Shown here in pieces: positions 51,816 to 63,826 of a DNA stretch of 64,000 bases (positions are counted from its first letter, which is position 1; each line of letters begins with the position of its first letter). This stretch comes from Eledone cirrhosa (taxonomy: Eukaryota), in contig OZ024758.1 of assembly GCA_964016885.1 (NCBI GenBank), positions 23,250,001-23,314,000 on the forward strand, in the 5' to 3' direction. Below the pieces are notes generated by a model, which saw nothing but the letters and a program-made list of their open reading frames with translations, was not told where the DNA came from and did not search any database. A program made the translations under genes and the position numbers.

Positions 51816-53065
51816 AGTTGCGACACTCTTCTCTTTATGGTCTATTAATTCATTATTTCCTTGTTTTGTATGTAAAATCTATTTTCATTTAAAACTAAAC
51901 AAAACAAAAACAAAAACAAATCTGTCAACATCATGAGACAACCGGTGGTTTCAACGAGATATCGATTAAGTCTGATCAAAGAAATATAAAACTTTATATG
52001 CTGAAGAGAAACGAAATTTAAGCGGGGGTTTTAATATTAGCAGACCAAATTTCTTCAATGTGAAACTCCCCCTTATGTTAATGTTACTAAATAAATTTCT
52101 GACTGTTAAATGGTTAGAATATTACAATAAACAAACTTTATTATAATTAGATTACATTAACTTTCCAATATTCACTACGGGGAGGGTAGAACGGGGGGGA
52201 GGGCACCCCCACTAATTATATTTTCTTCCCAAACTACCAAAACACACATTTGTTTATATTTGCGCTACAGTATATTTACATGTTATGTTTATATATGTTA
52301 TTTTTTATATATCTTGGTTGATATTTGGTAATAACAGCTAAACTAATCACCACAACTAAATTGACCAAATTTGACCACCACCACCACCCCCATCCCACCC
52401 ACACACCAATTCAGAAGTACTTCACCGCCTCTGCACCGATCTCACTCAATCTCTCTTTGCCGGTCAACACAATAATATAGAAAAATGTTGGATGGTCAGA
52501 CACCTGTTTTAAATGTTGTCTAAGTTTCTGAGACGTAGAATTATCATTGTTATACTTTGATTTATTCGGACTGGTTTCTTTATCTTGGTAGATATAGTCA
52601 CACCATTTCGCCTTTCGTATTCGGTAATGCTAAGGGAATATCGAATATCGAACCCTTTATTCAGATTACGAGCATAGATTTACCTTATTCAGTTTACCCA
52701 TGCTCGCTATAGACTTTGTAATGTCGCATGTTTATTCCACTTAAACTAAAATGGATATAGATACACCAAGCCATGGATTAAACTCACGCCCTCCAGATAA
52801 CTGCCGGCTTCATGCTTATATTTACTATGATATTGTCCCATAACTTCTGAAAAAAAAATTTTTTTAAATCAAATCCCTCAACTATTTGAGATTTGTTTCA
52901 TGTAGATTCTCTATTCCTTCAGAATAAGAACCATTTATATATATATTCTAACATTTATTTGTCTTTTGGGCTTGACGTATGATGTATAGAGATAGATACA
53001 TCAGCCCATGGATTTAACTCATGCCCGCCAGGTAACTGCTGGCTTAATGCATATATTGGCTATGC

Positions 53066-53232
53066 CAGGGTTTCCCAATCTTTTTCAAACGTGGAACCCT
53101 TTTTGGTTCAGAAACTTTTGGGGTAACCCTAAAGTCTATTACTGTTATATGGTCGTAATATAAATATACTCCTCTATCTTTGTTTCAAGAACCCAAGACA
53201 CTCCTTTGTGGAACCCACTTTCGGAACCATTG
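53066..53232. mobile_element. hAT-like MITE (cagggtttcccaa...); second copy ~32699-32836
   Basis: Two homologous copies starting cagggtttcccaa and sharing ggttcagaaacttttg..ccctaaagtcta. Confidence 0.6.
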
Positions 53233-53313
53233 GGCTATGCTAAAAATTAATAATGAAAAAAAAACAAACATAAAATCCATCTAGTATTTGGGGTTTATTT
53301 CATGTAGGTGCGC

Positions 53314-53362
<49 letters not shown>

Positions 53363-53496
53363 GTGAGGGTTTTTTTTACAAAATGAAAAATAACCGAGGT
53401 GTCCTACACGAGTGAAAGAAAGTATAAAGAAAAAGAGATGAAATCGAAAATGCAACTGGAGTCTTATTTTTTTTTAAAATATATATTTATTTGGTT

Positions 53497-53534
53497 CCTT
53501 TACCGGTTTCGCAGTTCTTCTGCTTTTCAAAAGG
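53497..53534 (-). ncRNA. Minimal type-I hammerhead ribozyme, U3-A8 core variant (mirror copy 53573-53610 +)
   Basis: cctt-TTGAAAA-gcag aagaa ctgc-GAAA-ccgg-TA-aagg; palindromic minimal stem III. Confidence 0.75.
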
Positions 53535-53824
53535 TGAGTTGAGATGGAGCACAGACCCTCCATCTCAACTCACCTTTTGGAAAGCAGAAGAACTGCGAAA
53601 CCGGTAAAGGAACCAAATAAATATATATATATTTTTTTAAAATAAGACTCCAGTTGCATTTTCGATTTCATCTCTTTTTCTTTATATATATATATATATA
53701 TATATTATATATTTATTTAGAAAGTGAACAACACAAAATATAAGTACTTCATTACCAAAGGTTTCTGGATCACACGATAATAATATACGTCTAGATCGGT
53801 CGTCAGACAGAGATGTTATAAGAT

Positions 53825-53892
53825 CTCTGTCTGATGACCAATCCAGACGTATATTATTATCGTCTGTGATCCAGAAACCTTTGATAATGGAG
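53825..53892 (+). ncRNA. Hammerhead-like motif with a long stem II
   Basis: ctctgt-CTGATGA-..atccagacg..cgtctg..-GAAA-cc ttt g(g/a)-TA-atggag. The mirror arm restores the cc/gg stem III. Confidence 0.55.
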
Positions 53893-54370
53893 TAGTTATA
53901 TTTTGTGTTGTTCAATTTCTAATTAAATAGCTCTGTTCTATACATAGAGCACTCTTTTTTTCCTTTGCTTTTCCTTCGGAATTACCTAACACACATATAT
54001 ATATATATATAAAATAGTAGAACACTGGAGGGTTATATCCGTAGTAGTAGAACACTCAGTCCCAACCATGGGACGAGTTTGGTAGAACAGTTAGTTCACC
54101 ATATGGTGAACTAACTGTTGTGGAACTACTTAATATATATATATATATATATATATAATCAAAGAGATATTTAATTTGTTGGTAATTCAACAAATTTATT
54201 TATAACAGATTCAAAGCATTCGACAAGTTTCCTCGAGTATAATATCAATGATATTAATAAATGGAAACTATATTTATAAAACCATATTTATTTTATTATA
54301 TATATTTCAAGGGTTCAACTGTTAAGGTCTGGTTTCTCGGGTATGTCACTATTTATAAAACAAATTTTGT

Positions 54371-54432
54371 ATTTTATCTGATGAGTGCGTACCAAAGTTT
54401 TTTTGGTACCCTTGAAATATATATAATAGAAT
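54371..54432 (+). ncRNA. Minimal type-I hammerhead ribozyme, canonical core
   Basis: attttat-CTGATGA-..gtaccaaa..tttggtac..-GAAA-tatata-TA-atagaat. Confidence 0.7.
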
Positions 54433-54894
54433 AAGTATGGTTTTATAAATATAATTTCCATTTATTAATATCATTTTTATATATACCTAATTAAACCTCT
54501 CAAAGGCGATGTCAAACGACTGTGACCTCTGGCGTCACGCAGTAATACAGAAGATCTGACCACCCCCCCATGGGTACAAGCTGAAGCATATCGACAATAT
54601 GCCCCCCCACACACACACACACACACACCATCCCACTGCAGAGTGGTCGTGGAGATGCCACGGCAAAAAATCGCCCAGTCCACACTGTAAAGTGGACGTG
54701 TAGGCACCACGGAAAAAAGCACCCAGCACTCACTGTAAATGAAGTTGGTGTTAGGAAGGGCATCCAGCTGTAGAAATCAAGCCAGAATCAGTTCTCGTAT
54801 GAGCAAGACAAGGTCAGCCGACCAGACACTGCTCACAACAGGACAACCCGTCTAACCCATGCTAGTGTGGAAGAACAGACGTAAAACGGTGATG

Positions 54895-54933
<39 letters not shown>

Positions 54934-55480
54934 AGATGATCGAAAAGGTCCCAGACCTCATTCGCTTAACAAGTGGTGTGGGGCTCATCAGATCAGACCA
55001 AGGAAACAATGTTTCTATTGGTCTTTCCAATTGCTAATACTATCTACCAGTTGCAAATCCAGGCAGAAGGAGCAACATGAAATAAAGTGTCTAGCGCTAT
55101 TCCTTCAAAAATAAAAACCATTCTTATATAAACTCTTTGTCTGGCTTGACGACATCATCTTGGTAAAACATTAAAAAAAGAAACCTATCCAAAACAAGAT
55201 TTGCTTTGACTCATAACAGCTTAGAAGCCTCTAAAAATAACAAGTTAAATAGCTACTGAAATGCTGCACCCGCTTGCTTTGGTCATGCATGCAGACTCAG
55301 TAAAAATACTAAATGAAATTGTAGATCTAATGAAAATGAATTTGTTACTTCAAACACATCTCAATTAGTTAGTTAGCTAACATACAGGTAAATGGAACAG
55401 AAAACTAGTTTAACTTTCTTTATGTTAATATAAACAGCCAGCTCCAGGTGTGGAAGTTTCCACATCAGTGTAGATAAATA

Positions 55481-55666
55481 ATAGTTTCTGATTTAGGCAC
55501 AAGGCCAGCAATTACCCAGTGTATTACTGGTACTTTATTTTATCGACCCCGTAAGGATGAAAGGCAAAGTAAACCTCGGCGGGATTTGAACTCAGACCGT
55601 AAAGGGACGTAACTATGCTGGAAAGCATGGTGTCCGACTCTCTACCGATACTGCCAATCCACCGCC
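55481..55666 (-). mobile_element. tRNA-derived SINE family A (representative copy; about 20 copies or fragments, e.g. 5559-5726, 6028-6777 cluster, 18226-18407, 22037-22393, 27057-27237, 32108-32294, 34146-34797, 39286-39445, 63594-63781)
   Basis: A box tggcagtatcggtag, B box gagttcaaatccc, conserved body ctttgcctttcatccttacggggtcgataaa, tail gtagaaacaatt(att)n. Confidence 0.9.
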
Positions 55667-58483
55667 CTCAGTATAGATAAATAATTGTTTCTGATTTAGA
55701 CACAAGGACAGCAATTTCAGGGGAGGGGAAAGTTGATTAAATTGACCCCAGTGCATAACTGGTGCTTTATTTTATCAACCCTTTAAAGATGAAAGGCAAA
55801 GCTAACCTCGGCAGGATTTGAACTCAGAACCCTGCTAAGGTTTAGAACAGGGAGAGAAATTAAGCTCCTTAGTTCTTTTGATACCAAACCACAGGAAACT
55901 ACCCTTGGTCCTATGTTACAAAATTTTGTTTTAAAATGTTTATATTTATGTAAAAACCTTCCCTCATAATCTTATGTTATTAAAAAATTGTTCCAAACAT
56001 CAACTTACTAATAAGTTATATTACAAAATGCTTCCAAACCTTTTATTATCAAAGTTATTTGAAAATCATAGGCAGTGAGGGAAATGATGGTTGTCATGGA
56101 ACTTGCAAAGCCATCTTCCCTATTTAATGTGTCTTTTATTAGAAATATAATAATGAAAGAGTTAAAAGTATGTATTCAGGCTGAAATATCCTTATCTGGA
56201 ACCCAACTTTTTGGCTATTTTAACCTTTTAGCATTTAAACCGGCCATAGCCAGCCAGAATTCTCTCACTTCTTTCTGTTCAAACTGCTGCTCATACTAGG
56301 TATTGTTCTCAAAATAAATAATAGCAAAATCTTGTAGATTCAATATTATGTGAGATAAATGTGAAAATACAATAGTATATATAGAGTAATGTAAATGTTA
56401 AAGGGTTAAAGAATATAAAGATGTGTATATGTTATGGAGAAGAAGGAAGCATTTCTAAAAGACAGCTTGCTGCCAAGTAAATACTAAATCTATAACTAGC
56501 AGACATTATCTAGGTAATGGGCTGATATTTTTAAAAATTAAGATTAAATTAACTGGAAACATCTGTCTTCTGTATGAATATCTGTAACTTCCACAACAAC
56601 CTTAACCCTTTAGCATTTAAACCAGCCATATCCATCCAGAATTCTCTCACCTCTTTCTGTTCAAACCATCCATAACTAGCCACTCAAACTGATGTTAAGG
56701 CATTGTTCTCAAAATAAATAATATCAAAATCACATAGAGTCGATATTATGAGATAATTATGTGAGATAAAGCCTTTACCATGAAAATATAATAGTATATA
56801 TAGAGTAATGTAAATGCTAAAGGGTTAACTTGACATAAGTCCTCTTAGTAATCTACAATCCTATCTTCTTTTCTTCAAGGGGCTGATCTTTGATCCTTTA
56901 TCCTAAATCTAATTCCTCAATATTCTCATGTTTTTGTTTTCCTCCTCAATGTTTACCTATGTGTATAGACACATAGGTAAACATTGAGGAGGAAAAAGAC
57001 TTTATCTCAAAGGTTAGGCTTCTTCTTCAGAACAAGGAAATGCTTAAGCTCTGAAATGTCGTTAACCCTCTAAACCAGTGGTCACCAACTTTTCTGACCT
57101 CATGGACCACTAATATGAATTTTTTTTTTTTTAAGATAAATACGTAAAACAAATGTCTGTGGACCACCAGTTGGCGACTGCTGTTGTATAGAACACAAAT
57201 GAAATATACAGAGTACTGCTCACATATCTGGGATAGTGCTTCTTATTTCACACATGTTAGTCATATGCTGTTATATACTAGTGAAACATGAATTATAAGG
57301 ATGATTCTATGAGTAAAACAAGGATCAGAAATAGAATCATATGTGATTAGATTTATATAACCAAAACTATCAATTGTCTTAACTAGAATGTAAACTTACA
57401 CCAAACCCTTGCTATCCAGGAACTCAAGCAAGCACAAACCATAATCCTAGAACCAACCCCACTGACCAGACACTGCATATGACTTAAATTAAATTCAACA
57501 CTTCTTTCAAGACCTTACCCTAACCCTCCCAGTAAAACAACAACCAATCTGTTCTAATTACTGGTATTGAGGTAACAGATCTTGTCAGGCTGCAGCTGTC
57601 ATATTATATAGTTTCTATATTATTCTGTAGGCAGCGAGTTAGCAGTTGTTAGAACGTCAGATAGAATGCTTAACGAGGTCAGCTTAACCTTTCATCCATT
57701 CATGGTCGATAATAAAAAGTACCAGTCAAGTACTAGGGTTGATTTTTCCTCTATATCTCTTTCATAATTCCATTCCCTCACTTTCTATCCTTCTCTGGAA
57801 GAAATCTGTAGTATTCAGACCTGGAGAGGATTAGGGTTCTCCAGGTTTTAAAATGCCCTAGAAATGCTGTATGTCAATACAGAGCCCCTTCAACACCCTC
57901 AGGAGTTATGAGACCATGCATGTATGGCTTTTAGCTAGAGCCCCTTTTGCTCCCAGGGCCAGAACTTTTTTGTGGTAAAGATTTCGGTGTTGTTAAAGCA
58001 GTAGTTGTTTTACAAGGAGTTTCTAGCCCCTTGCCCAACACTCCTATCTAATCTGGGCTTGGGACCAACCATGACAGCAAAGCAGTATGGCTTTGAGTTC
58101 ATGGAAAAAGAACATTTTCTCACCTATCTAAAATCTCCCATTTTATAAACTAGTTAAAGTGTCTTTAAAAAAAAAAAATTTGTCTTCACTCTTAACGTGG
58201 TGGATACCTAACTGTATTCATGAATGAATAATGATAATAATAATAATTGTTTCTACTTTTGGCACAAGGCCAGCAATTACCTCAGTGCATTACTGGTACT
58301 TTATTTTATCCCCCCCCCCCTCCCGTAAGGATGAAAGGCAAAGTTAACCTCGGCGGGATTTGAACTCGGACTGTAAAGGGCCGTAATTCTATTCTGCAAA
58401 GTTACAGCCCTTTGCAGTCTTAGTTCAAATCCCACCTAGGTTAACTTTACCTTGATCCTGACAGAGAATAATAACGATATTAA

Positions 58484-58789
58484 TATTCGGTTTGTTTACA
58501 AGTAAACAGCCTCATAAAACACCATGTTGTTAGATGACATCATCTTTCTGTTCCAGCAGTAACTGAGAGAAAATAATCAACAATTGACAATTGTTTCGGA
58601 GTGTCTTGCTCCTTGTCAGTAACAAGGAGAATACACAATCTTGACAAGGAGCAAGACGCTCAAAAACTATTGTTTTCTCTCAGCTACCACTGGAACAAAA
58701 TAATGACGTTATCATCTACCACGAGGTGTTTCATGAGGCTGTTTCACGAGGTGTTTCATGAGACTGTTTGCTTGTAAACAAACTGAATA
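58484..58789. mobile_element. Diverged fold-back element with a degenerate HHR motif in both arms
   Basis: Inverted arms tattcggtttgtttacaag / cttgtaaacaaactgaata. Arm consensus acaat-(T/C)TGACAA-ggag..ctcc-GAAA-caattg-TC-aattgt. Confidence 0.6.
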
Positions 58790-59499
58790 ATAATAATGTT
58801 ATGATATTATTATAAAGCGTCTTTATTCATAAAAGTAATTGACATGAACACTTCTATAGCTGGCTGCTCTAAATAAAAGAAAAAAGTAAAGATTTTTAAA
58901 AGCTATATTGCCTACACAATCCCATTATATTAGATTGAATATCTAAGCAATCTGGTCTATACAAATATACTTGGTTATTTATTTGTTATACCAGTCAAAG
59001 TTATTTATGTAAAACTAATTGTGTTTGTTATTAAATAAGGCTTCTTCTTTATCTTTTTCTTTATCTTTTTCTTCTTCTCCTCCTCTTTCTTCACCCACAT
59101 ACTCCTGAGAGGGTCGTGATGGCAGAGTCCTCAATCATTCCTTCCAGCAGGTCCTGTCAGAAGCAACCATCTCCAACTGATCCGGTTGGATCCCCAAGCG
59201 AGACCAGCCAAGCTCATGGATGTTATCCAACCATCTTTCTTGGGGTCTACCCCTGGGTCTCTTGCCAGTTGATTTTGCCTATAAAATCTGTCCAGCGATT
59301 CTTTCCTGAGACATGCTAACCAGATGCATATAGTATTGCAGCTGTGATTTCTCAATTCAGAGAAGTAGCGGCTCTACCTGGAGTGACTCTATGATCTTCG
59401 AGCTACACACTTTATCGAGTAATGTCACCTAATGATTTTCAACTATCCGGACCCTTTTTTTTTTTTTTTTTTTTGCAACTAATCAATCAGAAAGAGAAC

Positions 59500-60050
59500 A
59501 TAACAGGTCTTTCAAGATTAATGAGATTGATGCATTTGATGTTTAGTTTTAACCTCCAGATCAACACCTATAAAGTAAACGTGGGTGGAAAATGAGCTCT
59601 GTGTGGTTTCAGTTCTCAAAAGGAATAACTGGGTGAAGTGCGTAATTTCAGGTATGTGTGTCAGTATATATGCATACCTGTAGTTAGACGTAACAGCAAG
59701 TAGGTCATTAATGTACAAAAAGAAGTATGTGGGATTCATAACCTAAGCTTGTGGTACAGGTACAATTACATAAGATTTTATAGAATTTGAAAGAACCGAC
59801 TGTCAACATATGCTGCATGGGATAGCCTGTTTGGACACTTCTAATTTAACTCTTTTGAAAGAGATAAGAGTTCATTGTCAGGCAAATTTGGTTCAACACT
59901 TCTGATTCAACTGTTGAGAAAGACATAGTGTTCATAGAGAAATCTGAGGAAGTTGTCAAGTTAGAAGCAGTTAGTGACAGTTGGTGTGAGAATCAGTTTG
60001 TGACAATTGGGGTCTGACATAGGCAAGCAAGCCTCTAATAGATTTCACTC
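59500..60050 (-). pseudogene. Highly decayed LINE RT fragment
   Basis: PVPQA*VMNPTYFFLYINDLL resembles GVPQGS.L.P.LF.LYINDL. Confidence 0.5.
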
Positions 60051-61614
60051 AAAAGTAATCAGTGAACAATAAGAAAAATAAAGAGAATTAAGGTAATGAA
60101 AGAAATAATTGTTTAACCCTTTAACATTTAAACCAACCATATCCGGCCAGAATTGTCTCACCTCTTTATGTTCAAACTGGCCATAACTGGTCACTCATAC
60201 TGACATTAAGGTATTGTTCTCAAAATATATAATATCAAAATCTCCTAGATTCGATATTATGTGAGGTAAAGCCTTTAGTGTAAAAATACAATAGTAAATA
60301 TAGAGTAATGTAAACGATAAAGGGTTAAGTTTTACCCATACATTAACCCTTTAACATTTAAACCAGCTGTATCCGGCCAAAATTCTCTCACCCCTTTCTG
60401 TTCAAACTGGCTGTATCTGGCCACTCATACTGATGTTAAGGTATTGTTCTTAAAATAAATATCAAAATTTCATAGATTCAATATTATGTGAAATAATTAT
60501 GTAAAATAAAGCCTTTACCACAAAAATACAGTAGTATATATAAGAGTAACGTAAAGGCTAAAGGGTTAACATATATACCTGTAGAGAAAGAGAGAGGAAG
60601 ATTGAAGAGGGGTGGTGGTGAAACGGATGGAGAAAGGAAGTTTAAGAGCAACTTTGTTATTTATACAGTGTCCTCAATTTCCCAAAGCTTCCTCCTCCTC
60701 CTCCATCCCTAGTGCCCATCCCACACCATGTAGTGGTGCCCCAGGTGTCAAGACAAAAGCAACCAGCTTATGCTGTAAAGTAGTCATGTAGGTGTCACAA
60801 CAGAAAGCACCCAGCATGCACTGTAAATATGGTTGGCATTAGGAAGGGCATCCAGCAGTAGAAACCAAGCCAAAATCAGCCCCGGGTGAGCGAAACACAG
60901 TCCTCTGACCTGATTCTCTCCCAAAGGGTCAACTTGTCCTACCCATGCTAGTGTGAAAAATGGATGTTAAACGATGATGATGATAATGATAGTGTAGATT
61001 TAGAAGCAAAAAAAAAACCAGTAAATTCAGTGGCTTTATCAGCAGGAGTACTTAATAGAAACAATCTACTTATCTCTTTTGTTATATTCCTAATAAAATA
61101 CATCTTATTTGAATTAATCAATGAATAATTTGGAGCAATTTACTCAAATTATTTCTTATTTCATTATTAAGATGATTTAATCGACTTTTTTTTCCCCACA
61201 AATTGCTGGCCTTGTGTCTAAATCAGAAAACATTACCAACCCTTTAGTATTTACATTACTCTATATTTACTATTGTATTTTCACTGTAAAGGCTTTATTT
61301 CTCATGATAGTAAATCTATGAGATATTATTTATTTTAAGAACAATACCTTAACATCAGCATGAGTGGTCAGTTACAGCTGGTTTGAACAGAAATAATTGA
61401 GAGAATTCTGGCCAGATATGGCATACAAATGTCTTATATTTTTACTTCAATTTTCAAACTTTGCAGGCCACTTTCTAAACAAACTCCCATAATTGTCTTT
61501 ATTTGTTTTTACAGAACATGAATAAATCAAAAATGGTGGCTCTGAATTTCCATCCAATTGGTGAAGCTGAAAAAAACAATGGATACTCAATGAAGTGATA
61601 TTATCAACTCCACT

Positions 61615-62600
61615 ATGGGTGGAATGAACAGTTGTTGTATACCTGAAAAGTTTATTTTTAAAAATGGTGAACACTCTGGTTCGTTCTCCGGTGGTAGATG
61701 TCAGGGGCGCAATTTCAGTGCTGCTTTTAACCTTTCCAGTTTAGGTGATGAGACGGAGAACAATCAAAGCCTAATAAACATCAATAATTCTACAGAAGAA
61801 GAGCTGATGACTTTACCAGGCATTAATAGAGGTATAGCTCAAAATATTATTGAATATAGATGCAGAATTGGAGGTTTTAAAAAAATTGAAGATTTAGCTC
61901 TTGTGTCTGGTGTAGGAGCAGCTAAACTTAGTGTTCTTCGTCAAGAGATATGTGTAAGTACAAAAAAAGGTAGTTCACATGACAGTTCTCCATGTAGCAG
62001 TAGTCAAGATGTTAATTCAAATGAACACTATTTAAAAGATATCCGCCGCTCCAATAGTAGCACTCACTTACACGTTAATGTAAATATAGCGAATGTGTTT
62101 CAGTTAATGAAAATTAAAGGTATTGAACAAACTGTAGCTGAAAATATTGTTTCTTATAGAGATAGAAAAGGACACTTTAAAACTATTGAAGAACTTCTGA
62201 AAGTGAAAAGTATAAGTGCTGGGTTATTAGGTGCAATAAGACATAATATCACACTAAACGATACTGGAATTAATTCAGCAGTTGTATCCGCAATGTCAAA
62301 TAGAAATAGGAGTACAACGCTCAGAGAGACCCATACGAATGATTATTTTTGTAACTTAATTAACAAAGACACTGATATGAGTTTATTAACAAAAGCCGAT
62401 GATTCACTACAGGATTTGATCCATCTATTAGGTCCGTTGGCCAAGAAATCAGCGCGACCGAAAGTTCAACCTTTCTCATTCAAAAGAAACAACACATCGG
62501 CTTTGCGAATTGCAACTTGGAATCTTGATGGATGTTCCGTTGAAAAAATTTCCAATCCTGGAGTATGTGATGTAATTTGTATGACTGTACTTGAAAATGG
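61615..62600 (+). CDS. EEPD1: EEPD1 (endonuclease/exonuclease/phosphatase domain-containing 1), first coding exon; the gene continues beyond the window
   Basis: Two ComEA-like HhH repeats (ININNSTEEELMTLPGI; VNVNIANVFQLMKIKGI), then the EEP start RIATWNLDGCSVEKISNPGVCDVICMTVLENG. Donor GG|gtatgt at 62600/62601. Candidate acceptors at 61466 and 61514. Confidence 0.93.
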
Positions 62601-62682
62601 GTATGTAATGTCTTGTTAATTATTCACAATTATGCATGCACTGTTTATCTGATAAATGCTGTAGTACCTTCTGTGATATATG

Positions 62683-62736
<54 letters not shown>

Positions 62737-62992
62737 AAACAAAGGAATTGTGGTAAGGAACCAGATGGACCATAACGCACCAGAGTACTCAATACTTAGG
62801 GTAGTAGAGTGAGAAATAGGAAAAAGTATGACCTCGACGGCAGAGCTCAAGCCATTTCGACGGCTATTTCTGGACTAAATTAGAATTTTTAGCCTGGTGA
62901 ATAAATATTTATTCACCAGGCTAAAAATTCTAATTTAGTCCAGAAATAGCCGTCGAAACGGCTTGAGCTCTGCCATCGAGGTCATACTTTTT

Positions 62993-63029
<37 letters not shown>

Positions 63030-63343
63030 TATGAAGTGAAGGCGCTTATTACTAATTTTTACTTATTCCTAATTAAACTATTTTTCACTGGGAACAATTT
63101 GTCAGCATTTTCTTTTCCTTTTACCAATATATCACAACTCGTGTGTTACACCTCTATTCTTTTATATATATATATATATATAAATATATATAGTATTAAG
63201 GGTACTATTTATGGTTATGTATGCAATAAAACCTTTGATGGTAATATATTATATATACACAAACCCTAAATAGTGAGAGATAGTCTTTAATTACTATCCT
63301 ATTACCAGTAAGTTGAAAAGGAGGTCAAGTATGTTATAAATAG

Positions 63344-63392
63344 TTGCTCCGAAGAATCCAAACCTCGGTTTGGAGGAAACAATTGTAAGCAA
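63344..63392 (+). ncRNA. Minimal hammerhead-like motif, variant core CCGAAGA (second copy 653-699)
   Basis: ttgct-CCGAAGA-a tccaaac ctcg gtttgga g-GAAA-caattg-TA-agcaa; palindromic stem III. Confidence 0.65.
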
Positions 63393-63426
63393 ATAAATGA
63401 CTTAAACTGAACTTTGATTACTGTAA

Positions 63427-63465
<39 letters not shown>

Positions 63466-63826
63466 ATATATATAATGTACACACACATATATACTGTAAG
63501 GCATTCAGGTGTAGAAACCCTGCTAGAAGAGAACCTATTGAGTGAGACATGGTCCACATCCCCCCACTGGGAACACAGTAGATCTAATTAAATAATTGTT
63601 TCTACTTTTGGCACAAGGCCAGCAATTATCCCAGTACATTACTGGTACTTTATTTTATCAACCTCGTAAGGATGAAAGGCAAAGTTAACCGCGGCGGGAT
63701 TTGAGCTCAGATCGTAAAGGGATGTAACTCTATGCTGCAAAGCAAGTCCAACCCTCTACCAATACTGCCAATCCACCGCCCTTTATTATTTCTTGGGTAT
63801 GTCACCATTTATAAAACAGACTTTGT

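Noticed and set aside
62601-62619. EEPD1 C-terminus YVMSC*
   Set aside because: Read-through past the gtatgt donor; the EEP domain has only just begun, so further exons lie outside the window.
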